A stretch of 64,000 bases of DNA, from the NCBI GenBank assembly GCA_964610875.1, contig CAZSWP010000013.1, positions 18,872 to 82,871 of the forward strand. The letters are read 5' to 3'. A program made the translations under genes and the position numbers. The notes below the pieces were generated by a model, which saw only the letters and a program-made list of their open reading frames with translations, made no database searches and was not told the DNA's origin. Shown here piece after piece: positions 1-10,354 of this stretch; the stretch's first letter is position 1, and the number at the start of each line of letters is the position of its first letter. Source of the DNA: an uncultured archaeon (lineage in GTDB: Archaea; Asgardarchaeota; Thorarchaeia; Thorarchaeales; Thorarchaeaceae).

Positions 1-159
1 GTCCAGAATTGTGTCAAGCTCAAGCATTGAGGTGTCCATATTAAGAATTCTGTGAATTGTATTTAGTATCCACATAGAAAACCAACGAAGACAAATATTC
101 ACTCGAAATGCTTTTGAAGAAACCGCTAAATGGCGTAAAAAACCTCAGAGAGAGTAGAG

Positions 160-507
160 ATGACAAAGATATCGGTAGTACTGAAAGCTGAACCATATAG
201 TGATGAAACTGCATACACTGGATTGAAATTTGCTAAGACAGCACTTGCAGAAGGACATGAAGTGGACATGTTCCTTTTACAAGGTGCTATATTCGTAGCA
301 CTGAAAAAACAAGACCCGAGCCATCTAGTGAATCACTACAAGCTTCTTGGTGAGATTATTGATGGTGGAGGGAGGGTTTTATGCTGTGGAAGCTGTACAA
401 AAGCTCGTGGTGTTACTAAAGAGATGCTTCATGAGGAAGTGGGAATAGGAACCATGCCAATGCTTGTAGAAATAGTGACAAATTCAGAAAGAGTGGTAAA
501 CTTTTGA
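160..507 (+). CDS. DsrE/DsrF-like family protein
   Basis: ORF; DsrE-type motifs (PY..E.A..GL.FA, F.LQGA, CGSC..ARG). Confidence 0.8.
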   Translation: MTKISVVLKAEPYSDETAYTGLKFAKTALAEGHEVDMFLLQGAIFVALKKQDPSHLVNHYKLLGEIIDGGGRVLCCGSCTKARGVTKEMLHEEVGIGTMPMLVEIVTNSERVVNF

Positions 508-563
508 GATGGGAGACTTTCTTAATATGAGACTTATACCCATACCTAGATGAGGTCAGTAAT

Positions 564-1229
564 TTGGTAGTATCAATTCGTTGGTTAGGTCATGCAAGTT
601 TTCAGATAAAGAGTAGCTCCGAAAATATCTACATAGATCCATATAGAACAAAGGAGCTTGTCAAACGAGTCCCAGATGTGTCAGAAGAAGGAACGATTAT
701 TCTAACATCACACGGTCATAATGATCATTGTCATCCATCCTCAATAGAAGAGCTAAAGGGACCAGATACAGTTCTTGTAGGTCCGAAGGTCTGTGCTGAA
801 AAGCTCGGTGATGAATTACGAGAACTTAATCCAGGAGATGAAACCAAGATACGAGATGTTGTCATTAAAGCGGTATATGCATACAATGTGAAGCGATTTA
901 GGTCTCCGGAAAATCCATTCCATCCAAAAGGAGAAGGTGTCGGGTTCATCATCAAGGTCGATGGAAAGACAATCTATCATGCAGGAGATACTGATGTAAT
1001 TCCCGAGATGAATGAATTAGAGGGGATTGATGTTGCACTCCTGCCATGTGGTGACACCTATACCATGGATAACAAAGACGCAGTGGAAGCAGCTAGCATC
1101 TTCAAACCAAATATAGTAATCCCAATGCATACCTGGGATAAAGGTGTAGATGAAATGGCAAAGGGCATCAATAATCTTGAGGGCGTAAAGTTCGTGGCAC
1201 TCAAAGAAGGGGAACATTACGAACTCTAA
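564..1229 (+). CDS. MBL-fold metallo-hydrolase
   Basis: WLGHASF, SHGHNDH, YHAGDT and IPMH motifs. Confidence 0.9.
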   Translation: MVVSIRWLGHASFQIKSSSENIYIDPYRTKELVKRVPDVSEEGTIILTSHGHNDHCHPSSIEELKGPDTVLVGPKVCAEKLGDELRELNPGDETKIRDVVIKAVYAYNVKRFRSPENPFHPKGEGVGFIIKVDGKTIYHAGDTDVIPEMNELEGIDVALLPCGDTYTMDNKDAVEAASIFKPNIVIPMHTWDKGVDEMAKGINNLEGVKFVALKEGEHYEL

Positions 1230-1265
1230 TGTGATTACCAATAGGCAGGTTTTGAAAATAGATTC

Positions 1266-1625
1266 CTACTGAGGCCATTTGATATATTCAGTCCCTGACT
1301 CATTGCCGGAGAATATGTATGTTATATTGTAGATTGTATGACCACAATCCTCACATTCGTAGGTGTTCATAGTTATGCCCATACCTTTTGCACCCATGAA
1401 TCCATGAGTCTGAGCGAATTCTTCAGGATTATCAATCTTGATCTCATTGACACCTTTCCATCTGAGGGTACCCTCGCATTTTGGGCATAATGCTGGTTCA
1501 TCAGCACGAGGATTCAACTCGAGAATGCAGGTTCTTTCATCGTTGGCTGGGAGAATCTTAGTACCTCTTGCCCTTGGCATAAGTTCTCTTCGGATATAAT
1601 CATAGGTGATACGTTTTGCCATCAT
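1266..1625 (-). CDS. Hypothetical Zn-ribbon protein
   Basis: CPKC and CEDC pairs; GGAG-like RBS upstream. Confidence 0.6.
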   Translation of the reverse strand: MMAKRITYDYIRRELMPRARGTKILPANDERTCILELNPRADEPALCPKCEGTLRWKGVNEIKIDNPEEFAQTHGFMGAKGMGITMNTYECEDCGHTIYNITYIFSGNESGTEYIKWPQ

Positions 1626-1730
1626 TAGGTCTCCAAGTGAAGCTAGAAGCAGGATGGATAGCTCACATACCCTTGTCCATCTGCAATCTATTAAAATTCG
1701 TCGATTTGTGAGTTTAAGACCATCGAATAA

Positions 1731-1748
1731 TTAGAACACGTGTTCTAA
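1731..1748. promoter_or_regulatory. Perfect 18-bp palindrome, candidate operator
   Basis: TTAGAACACGTGTTCTAA between divergent genes. Confidence 0.4.
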
Positions 1749-1900
1749 ATTTTTGCTCGACCTGAAACAAAATTTGTCCTATAAATGTCAAATCAACAGA
1801 ATTGAGAGAAATCCGATTTGAATCATCATGAAATTATAGAAAGAACCGTTATTATTACGTGTGAAAACGATAATATCACATAGTGCATTCCAATTCTTTT

Positions 1901-2884
1901 ATGGCAGGATTCCCGAAACCCATTATATATTCCAGCAAATGTCTTGGATTTTGTAATTGTTGGTGGAATGGTACGATTATTTTTTCGGAGTTTATAGAGA
2001 AAATCAAACCATTTGTAGAATTCGTCACTCATTGTCCTGAGGTAGAACTAGGACTGGGTTCACCTCGTGACTTTGTTAGGATTGTTTGGATTGATGACCG
2101 GAAACATTTCGTACAACCAGCAAATGAACGCGATTTAACTAATGAAATGAATGAATATACCAAAAAAACGGTTGGAGGACTTGGGCGAATAGATGGTTTT
2201 GTGTTGAGAGAAGGTTCTCCATCATGCAGCATAAAGGGAGTAAAGTACTACAAAGGAGTAAAACCGGGTTCCCCATACAAAGGCACGGGCCCAGGCATAT
2301 TTGGAGCAGAGGTTCTGAGTAAATTCGAGTATCATCCAATTGAAACTGATGGAAGATTAAAGAATGCAAAAATCCGTGATGATTTCTTAACAAAGATGTT
2401 TCTACTTGCAGGATTCCGAGAGTTACTTGATTCAAAAAAGATTGGTGGATTGATTGATTTCCATGCAAGAAACAAGTATCTCTTAATGGCCTTTGGTCAA
2501 AAATATGTAAGGTCGTTAGGTAAGATAGTAGGAGAACAAAAGAAAAACAGCGATGAACAAACATTCACAGAATATCATGATACATTACTTCAAACCATAA
2601 CAGCAAATCCACAAAGAAAATCGATTATTAACACGTTTATGAAGATGTTCGGTTACTTCTCGAAGCAGTTGACAAAACCAGAACGTCAACATTTTCTTGA
2701 AAGACTAGAACAATATAGAATTGGTAAAACAACACTTGCAACATTAAGAGAAATTCTACGTCTCTGGATACTTCGATTTGATGATGATTACATTAAACAA
2801 CAAACAATATTCGAGCCTTATCCAAATGAGCTGAAGATTATATGTGGGTATGAAGAGTATGAAAAAGAAATGAAAAGGGAATGA
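1901..2884 (+). CDS. DUF523 + DUF1722 (YbgA-like) protein, 2-thiouracil desulfurase family
   Basis: S.CLG..C, CPEVELGLG.PR, SPSC, LIDFHARNKYLLMA and PYP motifs; start placed at ATG 1901. Confidence 0.85.
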   Translation: MAGFPKPIIYSSKCLGFCNCWWNGTIIFSEFIEKIKPFVEFVTHCPEVELGLGSPRDFVRIVWIDDRKHFVQPANERDLTNEMNEYTKKTVGGLGRIDGFVLREGSPSCSIKGVKYYKGVKPGSPYKGTGPGIFGAEVLSKFEYHPIETDGRLKNAKIRDDFLTKMFLLAGFRELLDSKKIGGLIDFHARNKYLLMAFGQKYVRSLGKIVGEQKKNSDEQTFTEYHDTLLQTITANPQRKSIINTFMKMFGYFSKQLTKPERQHFLERLEQYRIGKTTLATLREILRLWILRFDDDYIKQQTIFEPYPNELKIICGYEEYEKEMKRE

Positions 2885-2909
2885 ATCCCTCTTCATGGCT
2901 ATGTGATTT

Positions 2910-3398
2910 CTATTCCTTTTCTGGTATTTTCTTTCTCAACTCTAAATCCATAACAGAGGGAGTATTGGTTTTCACACACAGTTCTGAAGTTCTAATGAGA
3001 AATGGTGCAGGAATGTCATACAGAGCATAGACTAGCGTATGTCCTAAATTTCGTTCAAGATAGTCTTGGATTATTCCGAGCCATTTGGGGGATAATTCAT
3101 ACTCCAAGTCCGGATGTTGGAGCAGAGTGATTTCCTTCATCTCGCCTTTTGTGTCAGTTTGCTCTCTTCTTGACAAGCTGAACTCATCAGATGTCATATG
3201 AGCTTGGCCTTCAAATTCGTTTGTATGAGTATCGAGAAGCAGACCGATTATTTGTTCCTCATTCATTATCATTTTGGATCCATGAAAGTTTCTTACTTCT
3301 CTATCCATTTTGATACCAGTTTCCTCTTCGAATTGTTCTGCGTAATTTAGTACTGTCATATTTTCATCATTCATCATTAAAATAGCGACTTGAATCAA
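2910..3398 (-). CDS. Hypothetical protein
   Basis: 162-aa ORF with no recognised motif. Confidence 0.5.
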   Translation of the reverse strand: MIQVAILMMNDENMTVLNYAEQFEEETGIKMDREVRNFHGSKMIMNEEQIIGLLLDTHTNEFEGQAHMTSDEFSLSRREQTDTKGEMKEITLLQHPDLEYELSPKWLGIIQDYLERNLGHTLVYALYDIPAPFLIRTSELCVKTNTPSVMDLELRKKIPEKE

Positions 3399-3534
3399 AA
3401 ATAATGCTCAAGAATGAAGACTCCTCCAATAGCAGAAGATCCACTCTTATTCATCTACTTGTTCTTTATTGATATAGTGAATTGAAATCTTATTTCCTTT
3501 AGTACAGTAATATTCCAATTGAATGAAATATAGG

Positions 3535-4785
3535 TCAATACATAAGCAGAAAGACACTATATACTAGAATTTGGCATATAGTCAAAGGAATACCAATCTT
3601 TGCGAATTCTGTGAAAGAAATTGTTTCATCAAATTTTTCTGCGTTCTGAATTATGATTACATTACTCGCTGCTCCTAGTATCAGTAAATTTCCAGCAATA
3701 GTACTTCCTGCAGCTAGAGTGACTAGTTGTATTGTAGATGCACTCGTACTGGTAAAGATAGGGAGGTAGAGAGCCACTAAAGGTACGTTTGATATGAACT
3801 GACTAAGAACTACGCTTAGGACCATTATTGCTGGGATTGATGTCAAATCAAGTGGAACCAAACTAATCATATCTTGAAACACGCCACTGTTCCATACGCT
3901 AGCCATAAGAACGAACATAGCTACAAAAAACACAAGCGTCTTCCAATCGATATTGCGGAGAATTTCAGTTCTACGACTACTTAGAAGTACTACAGGTGCA
4001 GCCCCAACTACAGCTATGTAGGTCATTCTGAAATCAAATCGAGGGAAGAAGAACAACAAAAGAATCTTCAGAATAATCATAATTAGAACCAGAAGCAATG
4101 CTAGCTGAACAATTTTCATTAGTTTCCGATCATATCCATCATTTGCAGTATCAGGTTGAATAGATTTTTTGAATTCGGATTTATATAATAAACGCAAGAA
4201 GAGAAAGGAAAGGCCCATGCATAGAAGTGTAGGAATAAAGAGGAATTGGATGAAGATAAGGAATGGATTCTCAATATTTCCTTCAGTGACAATAAGTAAG
4301 TTCTGAGGGTTTCCTATCGGACTGAGCACGCTTCCAGTAGTTACACCGATGGCTAGTGTCAGTAGTAGCATTCGAGGGGAAATATCGTGTGTCTTTGCAA
4401 GGCGTATAACCACGGGAGTACCAATTATTGCAATTGTATCATTCATTAGAATTGCTGACATAAACCCAGAAACTAAAAGAACTAGCAAAACAAGTTGATC
4501 TACACCTCTTGCTTTTCCAAAAATATTCCTGGAGAGTGATTGCAAATAACCACTTCTCACTGCTGCTTCCCCGATAATGAACATACCAAAGAGAAATATT
4601 ATGACATCCAAGTTTACAGAAATTACCGCATCAATGACGTTGATTTGACCTGTGATGAGAACAATCAGAGCTCCTATTACCATTGCTTGCCATATCTCAA
4701 CTCTGAAACGTCCAATCTTTCTGACTGCGATTAAAACAAAGACAAGGCTTAATACTAATAACGAAATAACTCCGATAGTCTGCAT
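3535..4785 (-). CDS. ArsB/NhaD/SLC13-type anion permease
   Basis: Multi-TM; MNDT, SPIGNPQNLLI, ISNVP and GAASN motifs. Confidence 0.9.
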   Translation of the reverse strand: MQTIGVISLLVLSLVFVLIAVRKIGRFRVEIWQAMVIGALIVLITGQINVIDAVISVNLDVIIFLFGMFIIGEAAVRSGYLQSLSRNIFGKARGVDQLVLLVLLVSGFMSAILMNDTIAIIGTPVVIRLAKTHDISPRMLLLTLAIGVTTGSVLSPIGNPQNLLIVTEGNIENPFLIFIQFLFIPTLLCMGLSFLFLRLLYKSEFKKSIQPDTANDGYDRKLMKIVQLALLLVLIMIILKILLLFFFPRFDFRMTYIAVVGAAPVVLLSSRRTEILRNIDWKTLVFFVAMFVLMASVWNSGVFQDMISLVPLDLTSIPAIMVLSVVLSQFISNVPLVALYLPIFTSTSASTIQLVTLAAGSTIAGNLLILGAASNVIIIQNAEKFDETISFTEFAKIGIPLTICQILVYSVFLLMY

Positions 4786-4827
4786 CTAAACTATGTGACC
4801 TCAATACATTTTGATATTCGATGACTT

Positions 4828-5079
4828 TTATCTTGCATCATATGACTTCATTAGGTAGATAACGATAGCAAATGTTTTCGTGTTTTGAAGACTATCGAAA
4901 TATCTTGACAAAACCCAAGGTATCTTTAGAACTGCAATAGTTGCAATCATCAGCAAACCTATTCCAAATAGCAACCCACCAAACAAGTACACAAAGAAAC
5001 CTATGAAAATTAAAACAATGCTGATGATCAATAAAACAAAGAGTGGATCCCTCTTCAATTCTTCAAATGAAGACTCCAT
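4828..5079 (-). CDS. Small membrane protein, possibly truncated
   Basis: Two hydrophobic segments. Confidence 0.4.
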   Translation of the reverse strand: MESSFEELKRDPLFVLLIISIVLIFIGFFVYLFGGLLFGIGLLMIATIAVLKIPWVLSRYFDSLQNTKTFAIVIYLMKSYDAR

Positions 5080-5176
5080 AAATCATCACAACCATATAGC
5101 ACTCTTCACTGGATTCTTAAAATTGTTCTCTTGAAAAGAGTTGAAGTGAACAAAATTTGGATTGTGTAGGTCCTGT

Positions 5177-5671
5177 TCATTGTGTACCAATTTTCTTCAT
5201 TAGGTCCAGAACATCTTCATCTACTACCTTCAGCTCAATCATTTTGTTTGATTCAATATCAAAGACTCTAATATTGTATTGAATTCCAGCGTCCTGATGG
5301 TCTTCTTTTATCTGGAGAAACTCAGTATGAGGTTTACCTTTGAATAATTCAAGAGAAATCTCTTCTTGGATTTCGCCGCTACGGACCTCTAAAAGTCGAG
5401 ATGTTGTGAGATAGTATTTTGTTCTTCTGATTTTAATGAAACTGTATACTGTGTATAGAATACCAATTAGCACAAAGAATACTAATCCAAATACGATAGA
5501 TGCACCATAAATACTCCCTGTAAAAATGATCACAAAAACAGATAGAAGGGGAAAGCATACTCCACAGAAAATGAACAAAAAGGGAGTACCGGCCCTTTGA
5601 TGCCAAACAATCTCTTCACCTGGTTTTAGTCCATACTCTGGTGGTTCAAATCGCTCCTTTTCCACATACAT
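5177..5671 (-). CDS. Hypothetical membrane protein (two TM plus bPH-like tail)
   Basis: L.PGEEI.W ... T.Y.LT..R pattern. Confidence 0.6.
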   Translation of the reverse strand: MYVEKERFEPPEYGLKPGEEIVWHQRAGTPFLFIFCGVCFPLLSVFVIIFTGSIYGASIVFGLVFFVLIGILYTVYSFIKIRRTKYYLTTSRLLEVRSGEIQEEISLELFKGKPHTEFLQIKEDHQDAGIQYNIRVFDIESNKMIELKVVDEDVLDLMKKIGTQ

Positions 5672-5815
5672 AATAGTGATACCTCCACTATGGGGAGTTA
5701 AATGAGGATTTGAATCTTCTTAACAACAAAACTCCTTCGGAAAATCGAGAACCCGTTGCTTTCATTGGAAAGCTTATTTTTCTTTCATAATACATGATGG
5801 TGGAGTTTCATATAG

Positions 5816-6283
5816 TTGTCAAAATTCAAAGACCTATCAAGACCAGTTATTGCATCTTTCATAACACTACTTGGAGTTATTTTTCTCCCATATGCCTATC
5901 AACAAACATGGGGACTGGGTTCTGCGAACCACATAATTCGATGGCCACTTTGGATTTTCCTCGATTCGTTCTATTTCTCAGGTTTCACACTAATTGAATT
6001 ACAAGAGTTTCTGAGTTTTACACCAGCGTGGATCATGAGGTTTTTACTTGTCTTTTGGGTCAGCAGATATTATTCTGGTAGATCCTCACGAAGACAGACA
6101 TTTGCAATAGGAATGATATCCGAGTTACCACCTCTGTTACTTTCGCTATCTGAAATCATTGCAAACAGCATGCAGCCCCCAACATTTTCTTCTGTACTAT
6201 TACCTATACCTGTACTTCTTGGCTTTGTGGTTCTACTTATCTTTCTCCTACCGTACGACCCATCCAAAGAACCTTGGAAGTGA
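5816..6283 (+). CDS. Hypothetical membrane protein
   Basis: Hydrophobic 155-aa ORF. Confidence 0.55.
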   Translation: MSKFKDLSRPVIASFITLLGVIFLPYAYQQTWGLGSANHIIRWPLWIFLDSFYFSGFTLIELQEFLSFTPAWIMRFLLVFWVSRYYSGRSSRRQTFAIGMISELPPLLLSLSEIIANSMQPPTFSSVLLPIPVLLGFVVLLIFLLPYDPSKEPWK

Positions 6284-6420
6284 ATATTCATCCTAGATTA
6301 TTTACTCTCATTTTAGTGGTAAACTGTTCAATATCATTAAAACGAATTATTGCACGAAGGTGTGGTCCAAAGTAACGAGTATTGGTAGAAAATCAAGACA
6401 AGTGAGAATATCGGTTTGAG

Positions 6421-6537
6421 AAAATGAGAGTTAGAAGGAAGGGTTTGCACCCATCCTTCTGAAACTATAGGTATACACTCTAGATACAGCGATGGATTAC
6501 TTCCGGTCCCGCTTCTTCGAACTCCTTGCGTGAAACC
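6421..6537 (-). repeat. Displaced actin 3'-end copy ([18 protein letters not shown]) plus terminator hairpin, distal copy
   Basis: Minus-strand translation of 6480-6536 equals the actin C-terminus; near-identical to 10201-10309. Confidence 0.95.
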
Positions 6538-6666
6538 TGAATCCTTCCAAAAAAGTGCGAAAGATGAAGAGAGAAATACCTAATTTCGAGTCACTCGAAT
6601 AATCTCAAGAGAATTATAAGCGGATGGTGCATTAACACAGTTAGTATATTCTGAGAGGGATATGAT

Positions 6667-7086
6667 ATGGATGTTGATGATGTTATCTCAAAGGTTCGTA
6701 GTTTCGTCAAGAAACAAGATAGTGTCATTGCAGCATATCTTTTTGGCTCACTTGCAAGAGGTACAGATAATCCAATGAGTGATATCGATATTGCATTACT
6801 ACTTACAGAAACAGAAAATGTTATTCCCAGAATTAAGGAGTTCACTGTCACACTCGCAAATATCATAGACACTTCAAATTTGGACCTCATCAGCCTCAAA
6901 CATGCAGACCTGGCTTTGAAATACAATGTCATTCGAGAGGGGATTCTTATCTATGAGAGTGATCCAGTTGAGAGGATTGCTTTTGAACGAAGGACAACCA
7001 CAGAGTATCTGGATATGCTTCCAGTATGGAGAGAGTATGATGAACATATGAAATCCAGACTTCAGGAGTATGCAGCAAGTGATTGA
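6667..7086 (+). CDS. mntA: MNT-family minimal nucleotidyltransferase antitoxin
   Basis: LFGS-x10-DID motif; overlaps the HEPN gene. Confidence 0.9.
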   Translation: MDVDDVISKVRSFVKKQDSVIAAYLFGSLARGTDNPMSDIDIALLLTETENVIPRIKEFTVTLANIIDTSNLDLISLKHADLALKYNVIREGILIYESDPVERIAFERRTTTEYLDMLPVWREYDEHMKSRLQEYAASD

Positions 7087-7492
7087 TAGTGATACAATAT
7101 ATTCTAGACTCTCTACTATTGAACAATGTATGAGAGTGATTGAAAGAACAAAGGAAAAGGGACTTCAACACTACCTCAAAGACTTGGACACCAGATTTCT
7201 GACTGAAAGAGCACTACACTTAGCCATTGAAGCGAGTATAGACATTGCTAATCATATCATTTCAAATCATGGGTTTCGCAGACCAAAAGACTATGCAGAT
7301 ATTTTTCAGATCCTTGGTGAGGAAAAAATCATTACTGAAGACTTAAGCGAGCGCCTAATTCATATGACAAGGTTTCGAACCAGATTAGTACATCTTTATT
7401 CAACGCTGGACAATGAGATTGTGTTCAGCATCTTAGAGAACGAAATATCTGATATTCTTGAATTTACAGCTGTTGTTTCAGAGATGTTGTGA
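7070..7492 (+). CDS. hepT: HEPN (DUF86) RNase toxin
   Basis: ER.LH.AIEA.IDI and R-x4-H-x-Y (FRTRLVHLY) motifs. Confidence 0.9.
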   Translation: MQQVIDSDTIYSRLSTIEQCMRVIERTKEKGLQHYLKDLDTRFLTERALHLAIEASIDIANHIISNHGFRRPKDYADIFQILGEEKIITEDLSERLIHMTRFRTRLVHLYSTLDNEIVFSILENEISDILEFTAVVSEML

Positions 7493-7538
7493 CTACACAG
7501 ATTTCTGGGTTTCTATTGTTTCCAATCAAAGTTAAAAT

Positions 7539-7663
7539 AAAATGAGATTTAGAAGGAAGGGCTTGCACCCATCCTTCTGAAACTATAGGTATACGCTCTA
7601 GATACACCGGTGGATGACCTCGGGGCCAGCCTCTTCGAACTCCTTGCGTGAAACCCACATCTT
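7539..7663 (-). repeat. Displaced actin 3'-end copy ([21 protein letters not shown]) plus terminator hairpin, middle copy
   Basis: Minus-strand 7598-7660 encodes the complete 20-aa actin exon 2 with different synonymous codons. Confidence 0.95.
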
Positions 7664-8573
7664 ATCCTTTCTTCTTCAATATCACAAACCCAATGATTAC
7701 TATAGCTACTATTACTATACCGATGCCAAGGATTACAATAGTATTGTCCACGAGTGGATATGCAGGGGGAACTGCAGATAGTAATTGTATCAGTTCTCCA
7801 GTCTGGGATATTGAAGCTACAAGGGTCGATTGTATTTTGACATATTCCCAATCATTTGGATTTGCTGTTGATGACACTCTTACAGTTAGATTCGCATAAG
7901 TAAGGAACTCCCAATGCGGTTCAATCAACATTGAATCTGCTTGTTGATTTGTGAAAATCGAATGAACAGGACTATTCCCATAATAGAACGAATAGCCAGT
8001 TTCGTCATATGACCATAGCACGAACTTCAGAGCTGAATAGCCTTCTGAAATTGGAACTTGGAGATTAGCTAATTCCAAATCACGTTCTTCGGTTTCATTA
8101 CACAGAGTGGAGATTGCATTCTTCAATGAGGCTACATAAGAATATTCAGTGATATTATCAATTGAAGTGATTGAAATAATGTTCATAATATTCGTTGAAT
8201 CATATGTTAAATTATATGTACATCGAATTGTGGAGTGCATATAGTGACTTTCATTCAAAGCCATAACTATGACTTGATCACCATAAGCAGTTCGATCAAT
8301 AAAAAGTAATGAATCATTATACCGACTCATCAGATTCCTTACAGTTGTATTTGATAATAGACCTGAGTGAAACTCTAACGCTTGATTCCAAACATCTTCA
8401 CCAAGAAGTAGCACTTCCTGGTCTCCAACATCTAGTATGAAATCGTTTGTACCGTCAGAAAGTATTGTACTTCCCCTGACCATAGTAAAACCTTCAAACG
8501 ATATACATCTAGGTATTGAGTAGCCAGATATCATTAGAAGTAATAGAATTCCAATAATGTATGATTTCTTCAT
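7662..8573 (-). CDS. Secreted, membrane-anchored hypothetical protein
   Basis: N-terminal signal peptide; C-terminal TM followed by KKKG; AT-rich. Confidence 0.7.
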   Translation of the reverse strand: MKKSYIIGILLLLMISGYSIPRCISFEGFTMVRGSTILSDGTNDFILDVGDQEVLLLGEDVWNQALEFHSGLLSNTTVRNLMSRYNDSLLFIDRTAYGDQVIVMALNESHYMHSTIRCTYNLTYDSTNIMNIISITSIDNITEYSYVASLKNAISTLCNETEERDLELANLQVPISEGYSALKFVLWSYDETGYSFYYGNSPVHSIFTNQQADSMLIEPHWEFLTYANLTVRVSSTANPNDWEYVKIQSTLVASISQTGELIQLLSAVPPAYPLVDNTIVILGIGIVIVAIVIIGFVILKKKG

Positions 8574-8585
8574 ATAATCATCTCC

Positions 8586-9908
8586 TCAGTAATTGTTAGG
8601 ACCATCATAGTCTGCAAAGTAATACCAATCCAAATGATAATGCAATTTTCCATTTACAGTGTTACCATCGTAAGGTCCCCAATCCCCTTTTCCATCGTCG
8701 CCACAAGAATATATTCTCAACCAATCGAATGTGACTAAATAATTGGCGGAATAGTACCATGGTGCATTGAATAAATCCATTGTTGCATCACAGTGAATCC
8801 AAGTTCCACTTACATAGGTTTCACACCAAGCGTGACTGAAAGTACCACCCAACCAATTCCCATCATATCCTATCATAAACCTACAAGGAATATTCAGAAC
8901 TCTGAGAAATGAACACATAACAACAGCAAACTCGTCACATACACCCCTCCAATTGTAGTTGTACGTAAACATATCAGCATTAGTGGTTTCATGCGTATCA
9001 CTGTTCATATAATATGTAATCAGACTATTAACAGCAGACGTTAGTACCTCACTAGAATATTCAGGATAGCTAATACAGTTATCTACTAAATACGCTGCTT
9101 GGTATATAATAGGCCATTCTGTAGGCCTAAATAATGCACGTGTGATTGGAATACCAAATCCATCTCCTGAATTACCCTCCCAATAGTAATTAGGATTTTG
9201 TGAAAGAGAACTCATATCGTCATTTGGGGGCAGTCCACCATATGTCTGAAGGTCTGATAAACCATATCGAGAAATGAATTCGTATCCCCATGTTTGACTT
9301 CTGTATACACTATCATAGCGTAGAGTTCCCGGAGCTGTTCTTAGACCATCTGGTTCAATAGAATCTGGAGTAACCCCATCATAATAATATGCTTTTCCAG
9401 ACACTGATACTTGAGCCCTTTTTAAACCGACAGTCGCGGTTGAGGGCAAATAGCAAGAGAGTGTATTTACACTACTGTAGCCAGATGCTCTTACTGACTT
9501 GGTTTTATAGACTTCTCGAATTTCCGAAGGGCCAGGACAATTGTCATAGCCTTCGAATACTAGGGTCACATCTGCGTAAATGTATCCTGAAAGATATACC
9601 GTAAATTGGACATTGAAATTCTCAGTTCTTGTCCATAAGCTGGGAATGGACGCGGATATTTGGAAACTACGTCCAAAGCTGTTAATAGCATCCCCTTCAC
9701 TATGTTGATTACTTGTTTTTTCCGAGTAGAAAAAACCATTCTGATCCTGCTTAACTTTAGGTATATGTTTAATCGAAGGAATTGATTTTCCCAACTCATT
9801 TGATTCAACAAGTGATTTAGGATTTTTCGGAGGCATAGTGATTGGTGATAATAGCAACGTACCACCTATCAACATGAAAATCAATATTGACTTAGCTCTA
9901 TTTTCCAT
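8586..9908 (-). CDS. Secreted transglutaminase-like (papain-fold) protein
   Basis: GVCDEFA...LR.L.IP.R, HAW.E and W..CDAT triad motifs; signal peptide. Confidence 0.85.
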   Translation of the reverse strand: MENRAKSILIFMLIGGTLLLSPITMPPKNPKSLVESNELGKSIPSIKHIPKVKQDQNGFFYSEKTSNQHSEGDAINSFGRSFQISASIPSLWTRTENFNVQFTVYLSGYIYADVTLVFEGYDNCPGPSEIREVYKTKSVRASGYSSVNTLSCYLPSTATVGLKRAQVSVSGKAYYYDGVTPDSIEPDGLRTAPGTLRYDSVYRSQTWGYEFISRYGLSDLQTYGGLPPNDDMSSLSQNPNYYWEGNSGDGFGIPITRALFRPTEWPIIYQAAYLVDNCISYPEYSSEVLTSAVNSLITYYMNSDTHETTNADMFTYNYNWRGVCDEFAVVMCSFLRVLNIPCRFMIGYDGNWLGGTFSHAWCETYVSGTWIHCDATMDLFNAPWYYSANYLVTFDWLRIYSCGDDGKGDWGPYDGNTVNGKLHYHLDWYYFADYDGPNNY

Positions 9909-10200
9909 TTGTTTTTTCCCACTACTACAATTCTAGACATTGTGTAGTAAGGAAAAAACTCGATTTTGGCTATTAAAGAGTTCACTCTTTCAAAATAGTC
10001 TTTTGAATGCAAATCTGTCATTCTTACGACTTACTTTTTATTCAGATTCTATTTTCTCTTATAATGTTACATCAGGAATATATGTTACTAAACATTTGGC
10101 CAGATGCTTTGTTTTACTCAGGTATGGCAATTTGAAAATCTTGCAATATATTGATTCAAGATGAATGTATGAAAAGGAAGGATTACTATTTTTTCTTAGA

Positions 10201-10309
10201 AGAAAATGAGAGTTAGAAGGAAGGGTTTGCACCCATCCTTCTGAAACTATAGGTATACGCTCTAGATACAGCGATGGATTACTTCCGGTCCCGCTTCTTC
10301 GAACTCCTT
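10201..10309 (-). repeat. Displaced actin 3'-end copy ([15 protein letters not shown]) plus terminator hairpin, proximal copy
   Basis: Minus-strand 10262-10309 encodes the last 15 actin residues. Confidence 0.95.
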
Positions 10310-10354
10310 TGATAAAATCCATTAGAAGAGATTGAATATTTCGGAAATACAATT

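Noticed and set aside
6421-10309. The three repeats as a CRISPR array or IS ends
   Set aside because: They are >100 bp long, kb apart and direct, and they translate to the actin C-terminus
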